Source of the DNA: Ruminococcus sp. UBA7477
GTDB taxonomy: Bacteria; Bacillota; Clostridia; Oscillospirales; Ruminococcaceae
DNA length: 36,945 nt
NCBI GenBank assembly: GCA_002479715.1
Contig: DLOT01000045.1
Span: 1-36,945 of the forward strand
Direction: 5' to 3'
A program made the translations under genes and the position numbers. Position 1 is the stretch's first letter. Every line of letters begins with the position of its first letter. This document shows positions 1 through 6,634 of this stretch, in pieces. Below the pieces are notes generated by a model. It ran no database searches, was not told the DNA's origin, and worked only from the letters and a program-made list of their open reading frames with translations.

Positions 1-243
1 ACATAGCATCAATAAATGTATGCCCGTTGCTTTTGCAACCTCACTCAGACCAATCAGCACAGAGCCTTTCTGCCACAGATTATCGAGAGCATTGTAAATT
101 GCCTTTTTATCTTCATCATTCTGGACCGAGAGATTTTCAAGTACGGACTGCATACCGCCCTTGATCTCATCATCCATAGCAGAAATGCTGTCCTCAGAGA
201 CACCGAGGATCTTTGCAACTTCCGCAAGCTGTTCATTAGTCAT
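1..243 (-). CDS. hypothetical protein, N-terminal part only (gene runs off the window start); conjugative-element context
   Basis: My own minus-strand translation from the ATG at 243..241 gives MTNEQLAEVAKILGVSEDSISAMDDEIKGGMQSVLENL..., open to base 1. The start overlaps the topB stop by 8 nt, which suggests translational coupling. It is absent from the ORF track because there is no stop inside the window. Confidence 0.5.
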   Translation of the reverse strand, partial: MTNEQLAEVAKILGVSEDSISAMDDEIKGGMQSVLENLSVQNDEDKKAIYNALDNLWQKGSVLIGLSEVAKATGIHLLMLC

Positions 244-2257
244 TTTTGTTACTCCTTTCCGTATTCCAGTTATAATAGGTCTTTCCCTGGTAATTGTTTT
301 CAGCGATTTCGGGTAAAACTACCGTTTTTCTGCCCCTTGAAGTGTAGCTTGTGGACTTTCCGCTGAGAAGTCCCTTGACCTGAGAATCAGAAAGCTCCAC
401 GCCGTAGACTTTAGCGATATTCATACCGCACTTGCCCTTGCAGTAATAGCCATACTTTCCCTTGAAAACATCTTCTCCGCACTTCGGACATTTGCCGATA
501 GGTTCGTGAGAATCGTCCGAAAGAGAAACAGACTTGTCTGCCGAGCCGTATTTACTGCACATATCACGGATATTCTGCTCGATTTCTTTCATAAAGCTGT
601 CAGCGGAATACTGTCCATGTTCTACCTGTTGCAGCTTTGTTTCCCATTCAGCAGTCAGCTTTGCGGACTTCACTTCATCGGGAACAACCTTAATAAGCTC
701 CTTTCCCTTATCTGTTGCACGGAGCTTCTTGCTGTCACGCTCTACATAGCCGTTTTTGACAAGACTTTCAATGACGGCAGCTCTTGTGGCAGGAGTGCCA
801 AGACCTTTCTTTTCGGTATCTTCATCATATTCCTCATTTCCTGCACGTTCCATAGCCGAAAGCAGAGTATCTTCCGTGTATGGCTTCGGAGGAGAGGTGA
901 AGTGTTCGCCCTTGCTTGCCTGTACCGTGAAAGCCTGTCCCTCAGATACCGCAGGCAGAGATTTCTCATCATTCTTTTTATCACTCTGCTTGATATATGC
1001 TTTCCATCCCATTTCAAGGACGGATCTGCCTGTTGCCGAAAACTCTGTATCATTACATATAGCCGTAATTTTCACAGCTTCATACTTATGTGCAGGAGCA
1101 GAAGCACACATCAGTTTTGTGGCTATCAAAGTGAGAATATTCTTTTCTCCGACAGGCAGAGCATCGAGGTCAGCCGTTGCAATATTGCTTGTGGGAATAA
1201 TTGCATGATGCCCCGAAACTTTACTGTTGTTGATAACCTTGCTTATATCGGGAGTATGCGAGATACCAAACCCGAAATAAGTATCACAGAGCTTTGCAAC
1301 ATCGAGCGCCGTCTGAGCCATATCATCGGACAGATATTGACTGTCCGTGCGAGGATAAGTAACGAGCTTACCCTCATAGAGCGACTGAGTGTAGTCAAGT
1401 GTCTGCTGTGCCGTGTAGCCGAAAGTCTTGTTTGCTTCTCTTTGTAGCGTAGTAAGATCGTAGAGCTTAGGAGCTTTATCGGTCTTGACTTCACGCTTTA
1501 CAGAGGAGATAGTGACCTCAGCGCCGTCACAGGCATAAACAAGATTATTTGCAGTTTTTTCATTATCAATTCTTGCAGAAGAAAGAATGAAATTACCGCA
1601 GTTAAGGTCAGCCGTGTAATACTTCTGCTTCACAAAGCCACACACTTCGGAATCACGCTGAACGATCATCGCAAGCGTAGGTGTCTGCACTCTGCCGATG
1701 TTGAGTTTACAGCCATAACGAACAGAAAATAGTCTTGAACCATTCATGCCAACAAGCCAATCGGCTCTCGCTCTTGCATATCCTGCCGAGAAAAGATTAT
1801 CGTATGCACTCATAGGCTTCATATTTTTGAGTGCTTGCCTGATAGACGAATCCTCCAAAGAAGAAACCCATAAACGCTTGACAGGCTTACGACACCGAGC
1901 CATATTGTAGACATATCGGAAAATACACTCGCCTTCACGATCGGCATCAGTTGCACAGATAATCTCCGTCACGCTGTCGCTGTTCATTAGATTTTTCAGT
2001 ACATTGTACTGAGCCTTTGAGCTGTCTGTGACCTTGAAAAGCCACTTGTCGGGTATCATAGGGAGCTGAGAAAAGCTCCACTTATGATCCCAGCCGTTGC
2101 CATAGTCATTCGGATATTTCAGACCAACAAGGTGTCCGACACACCATGAAATGATGTAGCCGTTGCCCTCTGTATAGCCTTTCTTTGCGGTATTCGCACC
2201 GATCACGGAACTGATTGCACGGCTTACACTCGGCTTTTCACCGACTATTAAAATCAT
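236..2257 (-). CDS. topB: DNA topoisomerase III (type IA), conjugative-element type
   Basis: 673 aa. Toprim N-terminus MILIVGEKPS with an acidic DADREGE cluster. Active-site Tyr motif LVTYPRTDSQYLS. C-terminal Cys4 zinc-ribbon CPKCGEDV...YYCKGKCG. Confidence 0.93.
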   Translation of the reverse strand: MILIVGEKPSVSRAISSVIGANTAKKGYTEGNGYIISWCVGHLVGLKYPNDYGNGWDHKWSFSQLPMIPDKWLFKVTDSSKAQYNVLKNLMNSDSVTEIICATDADREGECIFRYVYNMARCRKPVKRLWVSSLEDSSIRQALKNMKPMSAYDNLFSAGYARARADWLVGMNGSRLFSVRYGCKLNIGRVQTPTLAMIVQRDSEVCGFVKQKYYTADLNCGNFILSSARIDNEKTANNLVYACDGAEVTISSVKREVKTDKAPKLYDLTTLQREANKTFGYTAQQTLDYTQSLYEGKLVTYPRTDSQYLSDDMAQTALDVAKLCDTYFGFGISHTPDISKVINNSKVSGHHAIIPTSNIATADLDALPVGEKNILTLIATKLMCASAPAHKYEAVKITAICNDTEFSATGRSVLEMGWKAYIKQSDKKNDEKSLPAVSEGQAFTVQASKGEHFTSPPKPYTEDTLLSAMERAGNEEYDEDTEKKGLGTPATRAAVIESLVKNGYVERDSKKLRATDKGKELIKVVPDEVKSAKLTAEWETKLQQVEHGQYSADSFMKEIEQNIRDMCSKYGSADKSVSLSDDSHEPIGKCPKCGEDVFKGKYGYYCKGKCGMNIAKVYGVELSDSQVKGLLSGKSTSYTSRGRKTVVLPEIAENNYQGKTYYNWNTERSNKND

Positions 2258-2315
2258 AATTTATCACAACCTTTCTTGAAATGCGGTAATTTACGGGCTA
2301 ATCCGCATTTTGCTA

Positions 2316-2344
2316 TTGATTTTTGTTTTGGGGTGTGGTATAAT
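2316..2344 (+). promoter_or_regulatory. sigma-A type promoter for the Rpn/PDDEXK gene
   Basis: TTGATT (2316..2321), 17-nt spacer, TGgTATAAT with the -10 at 2339..2344. It lies about 38 nt upstream of the ATG at 2382. Confidence 0.45.
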
Positions 2345-2381
2345 GGAATTGGTAAATGTAAAGAATAAGAGGTATATACCG

Positions 2382-3227
2382 ATGACTGATTTAAAAGCAG
2401 CACTGACTCCCGAAGAACAGCATAAAAAAGACCTGGAACGTTTGGAAAAAATGCGTCCTCTTGATGATGATCTTATGAGGGAACTATTCAGAAACAATAT
2501 TCCTCTCGCTCAGTTCGTTCTTCGGATTATGACCGGTAAAGACGATCTTGTAATTACATCTGAGGAAACACAGTATGATATGGAACGTTTGTTGGGTGCA
2601 AGGTCAATTTGTTTGGACGTTCTCGCAACAGACAGTGAGGGACGAAAGTTCAATCTTGAAATTCAAAGAGCTGATATGGGCGCAACACCTCAGAGAGCAA
2701 GATACCATTCCAGTGCAATGGATATTGAGTTTTTATCTGCAAAACAGAATTTTGATGAACTTCCGATTACATATGTTATTTTCGTAACTGAAAATGACGT
2801 GCGTAAGGGCAATCGTCCTGTTTACACGTTTGAAAGAGCAGATATACTTACAGGTGAATCCTTTGGTGACGGAGAGTATATTTTGTTCGTCAATGGTGCA
2901 TATACTAATCAAGAAGATAATTCAGATTTAGCCAAACTGATACATGATTTCAGATGCAATAATGCTGATGATATGTACTTTGATTTAATGGCTGAAAGAA
3001 CACGTTATTACAAGAAATCCCCGAAAGGAGTGAGCCATATGTGCAAAATTATGGAAGATATGAGAAATGAAGCTGCTAAGGAAGCTGAAACCCAAGAGAA
3101 AATCAGAATTGCACTCAGAATGCTTTCTGATGGAACATTGACGAACGAGCAGATTGCAATGTTTACTGCACTTCCTATCGAAAAGATCGAGGAGCTTGCA
3201 GCTCAGTTATCTTCTATTACCGCATAA
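2382..3227 (+). CDS. Rpn-like PD-(D/E)XK nuclease family protein ('putative transposase', PDDEXK_2-like)
   Basis: The core CLDVLATDSEGRKFNLEIQRA...ITYVIFVTENDV matches the D...E-x-Q/K nuclease core of this family. The C-terminal tail IRIALRMLSDGTLTNEQIAMFTALPIEKIEEL is also typical. I moved the start to the ATG at 2382 (AAGAGG 8 nt upstream) rather than the track start at 2310. Confidence 0.8.
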   Translation: MTDLKAALTPEEQHKKDLERLEKMRPLDDDLMRELFRNNIPLAQFVLRIMTGKDDLVITSEETQYDMERLLGARSICLDVLATDSEGRKFNLEIQRADMGATPQRARYHSSAMDIEFLSAKQNFDELPITYVIFVTENDVRKGNRPVYTFERADILTGESFGDGEYILFVNGAYTNQEDNSDLAKLIHDFRCNNADDMYFDLMAERTRYYKKSPKGVSHMCKIMEDMRNEAAKEAETQEKIRIALRMLSDGTLTNEQIAMFTALPIEKIEELAAQLSSITA

Positions 3228-3239
3228 CCACACCCACAC

Positions 3240-3274
3240 AAGCACATTCCCCAATATGGGGAGTGTGCTTTTTA
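3240..3274. terminator. bidirectional intrinsic terminator between convergent genes
   Basis: AAGCACATTCCCC-AATAT-GGGGAGTGTGCTT followed by TTTT. One G-U pair in the stem. Confidence 0.65.
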
Positions 3275-3805
3275 GTTCTCTCTGCTATCTTTATCCAACT
3301 CCATCAGATCGTAAAAAGCAAGATTTACAGGGTATCTGTAGTTACCCGTTTCATCACCGATGTAGCCTGCCTGCTGAAATTCAGCCAGTATCTCTGCCGC
3401 CTTGTCATGATCTACATCAAGGTAATCTCTGATAAACTTATTAGAGATGTACTTTTTTGAAATACTGTAAAGCAGAAGATTTCTTATACTCTTTGCAGAA
3501 ACAGTTGTAATGCTGTTTAATGGAGCAAAATTATTCTTATGTTTAGAAGAACTTTCCTCTACAGAAGTCATATCTTTCAGATCCTCCATTGTACAAGCAG
3601 ACTTGCTCCTGTCCGCAGGAGTTATACAGCCATCGTCCGGCTCATCGTAATCATAGAAGTTGAAATCTTCCTCATCATCACCGTACTTGTCACGGAAACG
3701 CTCGTTGATCTCGCCGTTGCCCTCACCGATCTTATATGCGAGATACGCTACACCCGACACAACACCGAGTCCCAAAATACCCTTAATAATCTTCTTTGCT
3801 TTCAT
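3272..3805 (-). CDS. membrane-anchored hypothetical protein with acidic linker and a possible FtsK-gamma-like winged-helix C-terminus
   Basis: 177 aa. N-terminal TM segment IIKGILGLGVVSGVAYLAY. Acidic stretch DDEEDFNFYDYDEPDD. The C-terminus KKYISNKFIRDYLDVDHDKAAEILAEFQQAGYIGDE resembles the FtsK gamma wHTH pattern, but the match is weak. Confidence 0.65.
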   Translation of the reverse strand: MKAKKIIKGILGLGVVSGVAYLAYKIGEGNGEINERFRDKYGDDEEDFNFYDYDEPDDGCITPADRSKSACTMEDLKDMTSVEESSSKHKNNFAPLNSITTVSAKSIRNLLLYSISKKYISNKFIRDYLDVDHDKAAEILAEFQQAGYIGDETGNYRYPVNLAFYDLMELDKDSREN

Positions 3806-3971
3806 AATAAAAACCTCCGTTAATGTAATTCATTGTTTCTTTTTGCGCTTCTCCTTTTTTGAGGAACGCTATTTCAATCAGATAATGTATCCCTGCCACA
3901 AGTGCAAGAATAACTGTTATCACCATGATTTCAGGCAGATGTTTAAACAGTGCTATGCAGTCTATCATCAT
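3783..3971 (-). CDS. small hypothetical membrane protein
   Basis: 62 aa with one hydrophobic helix (IMVITVILALVAGIHYLI). Same strand as its neighbours, with a 23-nt overlap on the next gene. No recognisable family. Confidence 0.35.
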   Translation of the reverse strand: MMIDCIALFKHLPEIMVITVILALVAGIHYLIEIAFLKKGEAQKETMNYINGGFYYESKEDY

Positions 3972-3980
3972 ACTTCTCCT

Positions 3981-4421
3981 TTACCGCAGATATTTGACCC
4001 ACCGATTTTTGAACTCATGAGGAATATTCTGTTTTTTGTTTCGATTACCTGTCCAATTCATACCGCCTGCCTTGCCCTCGTTTATGAAACCACTTGCTTT
4101 CAGACTTGTACCACTTTCGGAAATCAGCGTATATGTGATAGCTTTTGTATATCCCATTGCTTTAGCGATACGGCAGCAAGCGCCGTAAAGCATTGAACAA
4201 GCGTTATATGTTCCGTCAGTACAAACCCTGAGAATTTCACAGGTAAACCCGTTATCAAAATACCGTGAAACAGGTCTGCCACAGATAGCAACACCATGAA
4301 TAGTTTCTCCGTCAGATACAGCAATACAGAATTTACAGCCGACAGGTGCATTATGATGCCGATGATAGCGGTTTACATAGTCGCAGGCTGTTCTGTATGA
4401 TCGCTCCCGAATACCTTGCCG
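3981..4421 (-). CDS. XF1762-like small acyltransferase-fold protein; canonical start codon missing
   Basis: The track gives only 3981..4193. My translation shows the same frame open from 4421: RQGIRERSYRTACDYVNRYHRHHNAPVGCKFCIAVSDGETIHGVAICGRPVSRYFDNGFTCEILRVCTDGTYNACSMLYGACCRIAKAMGYTKAITYTLISESGTSLKASGF... The HRHH / CTDG / ACSMLY / GY..TYTL..E.GTSL.A.G pattern matches what I recall of the family. There is no ATG, GTG or TTG before 4193. An ATT sits at 4412..4410. Confidence 0.6.
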   Translation of the reverse strand, partial: RQGIRERSYRTACDYVNRYHRHHNAPVGCKFCIAVSDGETIHGVAICGRPVSRYFDNGFTCEILRVCTDGTYNACSMLYGACCRIAKAMGYTKAITYTLISESGTSLKASGFINEGKAGGMNWTGNRNKKQNIPHEFKNRWVKYLR

Positions 4422-4977
4422 TCATACAGTAAGACTTGTCCTGCCAAGCAATACCGCTTTCAAGCACATCTTTCAGCAGGATACCTTTGTCGGCAGGAAA
4501 AGAAGTAACAGGGATATTCGTCCAGTAACAGCGTTTGCGGTTCTGAGCCGATACCAAAGCTGAATTTATCATAATCGGCTCTACACCAAATCTCTTTGAG
4601 ATCTCGTCCTTGATATTTTGATGAATGGAGTAGTTATTTTCATAGAGAAAATACTTGCACTTGCTTTCATTCAAAGCTCTCACATACTCCATAAATAGCC
4701 TGAATCCCTCACCGTCAGAGGTGATCTCTCTGTTCTTTTTAGCCACGCTCCAGTATGTACAGGGGGAACCTCCGAGAAGAAGATCATATCCCTTAAACTC
4801 TGTAAAATCGCCGTCAAAAACATTCCCGTGATGAACAATATCGGGATAATTATTCTTTGAAACCGTGACAGCGTACTTGTCGATCTCAAAGGCATCATAG
4901 CACTCCACAGGCAGTCCGGCACGTTCAAGTGCCAGTCTGCCGCAGGAGATACCGTCAAATAAACTTAAAACTTTCAT
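4351..4977 (-). CDS. DNA (cytosine-5)-methyltransferase, C-terminally truncated (probable pseudogene)
   Basis: 208 aa. Motif I LSLFDGISCG, motif IV GGSPCTYWS, motif VI FLYENN and motif VIII QNRKRCYW are present. No target-recognition domain and no motifs IX or X (GNG). The reading frame ends inside the overlapping XF1762-like frame. Confidence 0.7.
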   Translation of the reverse strand: MKVLSLFDGISCGRLALERAGLPVECYDAFEIDKYAVTVSKNNYPDIVHHGNVFDGDFTEFKGYDLLLGGSPCTYWSVAKKNREITSDGEGFRLFMEYVRALNESKCKYFLYENNYSIHQNIKDEISKRFGVEPIMINSALVSAQNRKRCYWTNIPVTSFPADKGILLKDVLESGIAWQDKSYCMTARYSGAIIQNSLRLCKPLSSAS

Positions 4978-5024
4978 CAGACAAATTCTCTCTCTTTTCT
5001 CATTGTCCGTTTTTTGTTGTCTGT

Positions 5025-5051
5025 AACTTTGAATCCAATGGGTTCAAAGTT
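5025..5051. repeat. perfect 9-bp inverted repeat (AACTTTGAA-N9-TTCAAAGTT) between two minus-strand genes
   Basis: Read directly from the sequence. No U-tract follows on either strand, so it may be an operator or processing hairpin rather than a terminator. Confidence 0.5.
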
Positions 5052-5053
5052 GA

Positions 5054-5359
5054 CTATTCATCGTCAGTTTTCGCACAAAGCTCATCATAAGCTCTTTCAA
5101 GCTCTGCAAAGTCATCACAGAGCTTATCGTACTTACGGGAAATCATTATAGCCGAGTCAGCAATATCCGTTGCAGCCTTGATGATCTCATCATTTGCCTT
5201 ACTGTAATTCTCAGAAGCGCTGATATAGCCGACAAACTGTCCGGCTTCAAAGCCGTGAACAAACCACTTCTTTCTGAATCTTTCAGCAACAGCAGAAGAA
5301 ACAGTTGCTACTCCTGCAAGTGCGGCTGCACCGATACCGATCTTACAAATCTTATTCAT
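5054..5359 (-). CDS. membrane-anchored hypothetical protein
   Basis: 101 aa. N-terminal TM segment IGIGAAALAGVATVSSAV followed by ERFRKK, resembling the N-terminus of the 3272..3805 product. The C-terminus looks coiled-coil-like. RBS AGAGAGG. Confidence 0.6.
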   Translation of the reverse strand: MNKICKIGIGAAALAGVATVSSAVAERFRKKWFVHGFEAGQFVGYISASENYSKANDEIIKAATDIADSAIMISRKYDKLCDDFAELERAYDELCAKTDDE

Positions 5360-5379
5360 TCTTTTATTCCTCTCTTTCG

Positions 5380-5440
5380 TTTATTCGTCCTGGTTATCGT
5401 CATAGAAATTGAAATCTTCCTCATCCCATTGTTTATTAGG
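5380..5440 (-). pseudogene. 3' remnant of a paralogue of the 3272..3805 gene family
   Basis: The minus strand reads ...NKQWDEEDFNFYDDNQDE*. There is a 25-nt match with 1 mismatch to 3651..3675, which encodes DDEEDFNFYDYDE. The frame has no start codon and meets an upstream stop after about 30 codons. Confidence 0.55.
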
Positions 5441-6379
5441 GGCGGTTCGATAATCCCTATGGCAGATCAGGTTTTAAACACAAAGGATATCGACCGCAAA
5501 AAAGTCAATCTTATTATTTTCCCCAAGGGCAAAAGCAGTTTCAGACTTTATGCTGACGACGGAATATCATACGGTTTTGAGAAGGGCAGCTGCACCGAAA
5601 CTATTGTCGAATGTATTGAAGATGTCGGAAACTTCACTAAAATAAATATAAGAAATTCAAATCTGCTGTTCTCTCCGGAGGAATACAGGTTTGAGATCCA
5701 TGTTAACGCCAAGCCCGACAGGATCTTTTTCGGAAAAAACGAGCTTTTCAGTGTCGGCTACAAAAATATGCTCAACAAGGTCGAAGAAGGCTGGCACTAC
5801 GATGAGTTCAATTCGGTTTTGCATATTAAAATCAAATCGCTCTCGGAACGCCCCGACGAGCTAACGATCACCCACGGCGAGGCTGTTACAAAACCTGCCG
5901 AATACCGGGAGGCGGATACGATATCGGGACAGCTCCCGTTCATTCTTCCTGCCGCATCTATCCCCTGCAAGATACGATGTGTAAACTTCGACCGTGGCGG
6001 TGAAGGCGTGGCATATCATACGGTGGGCAGCAGAAGCTGTGAATTATACAGGAACGATACGGTTGAGATCGAGCTTTCGGATGACATAGGCGCAGGATAT
6101 AATGTTAAAGATCTGGCTGACTCCGAATGGCTTGAATACACTGTCAATGTCCGCGAAGAAAGATATTACCGGCTTGATATTAGGGTGCAGGGGCACGGAA
6201 GTGTCTGCGTTGATTTTGACCAAAAAACTTTCTCAGATATTATTTCAATCGACGAGAAAGGGTGGAATACCGTAGAACTTGGAACGGTAAGGCTTTCCGC
6301 AGGCGAACAGGTAATGAAAATTTCCGTCCGCAGCGGAAGTCTGCGGCTGAATTGGCTTGAAATCTCCAAAGCTGAATAG
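5438..6379 (+). pseudogene. GH31 alpha-glycosidase, C-terminal fragment with CBM6-like module (5' truncated)
   Basis: RGGSIIPMADQ...LIIFPKGKSSFRLYADDGISYGFEKG matches the distal beta-sandwich of GH31. CVNFDRGGEGVAYH...SEWLEYTVNV...YYRLDIRV...LRLNWLEI fits a CBM6-type module. The catalytic (beta/alpha)8 domain is absent. The track's 5255..5437 extension is antisense to a real gene. Confidence 0.7.
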
Positions 6380-6519
6380 GTCATAGAAATACCTTTGAGA
6401 TATTATTCCGAAATTTCGGATTCAATGCAACATTGTGATCAATATAAGCTGCACGCGGTCAGGCTCTTTCTTACTTTTGTCCGTAAAAATCCGCAGGGTA
6501 AGTTATTTTTCCAAAACTA

Positions 6520-6548
6520 TTGAATTACAATCCGAAATCTGCTATAAT
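6520..6548 (+). promoter_or_regulatory. sigma-A type promoter for the hybrid kinase / GH13 operon
   Basis: TTGAAT (6520..6525), 17 nt, TATAAT (6543..6548). Confidence 0.45.
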
Positions 6549-6634
6549 TATTTTATATTTTATTTTACATAATTATGATCGAGTGAATAACATGACGTTT
6601 TGCAGCCCGGATCCGATTCTCGGAGGAATGATTT

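Larger units (their letters stand above)
1..5438. mobile_element. fragment of an integrative/conjugative-type element (decayed), right boundary about 5426..5445
   Basis: The gene set is typical of ICE accessory or maintenance regions: topB, PDDEXK/Rpn nuclease, orphan C5 MTase, XF1762-like gene and small membrane proteins. The sequence is visibly more AT-rich than the flanking sugar genes. It abuts a glycosidase gene that lacks its 5' part. No integrase, relaxase or att site is visible in the window. Confidence 0.5.

Noticed and set aside
506-1447. 313-aa plus-strand ORF (and 534..749, 756..1208) inside the topoisomerase gene
   Set aside because: These ORFs are antisense to a confidently identified topB. 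The translations are low-complexity, Cys/Arg/Leu-rich and show no motifs. They are typical shadow ORFs.
2281-2308. ATGCGG...CCGCAT 6-bp inverted repeat in the topB / Rpn divergent region
   Set aside because: The stem is short and the loop is 16 nt, so it could easily arise by chance. No second copy or motif context supports an operator or oriT call.
3660-4196. 178-aa plus-strand ORF across the small-gene cluster, and 4124..4351 (75 aa, minus strand)
   Set aside because: The first is antisense to three co-oriented minus-strand genes. The second is an out-of-frame shadow of the XF1762-like frame, which explains the region much better.
5255-5437. N-terminal 61 codons of the track ORF 5255..6379 (GTG start)
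   Set aside because: This part is antisense to the 5054..5359 gene and to the gene stub at 5380..5440, and it has no GH31 similarity. Only the portion from about 5438 onward is real glycosidase sequence, so the ORF is a truncated gene with a fortuitous open extension.
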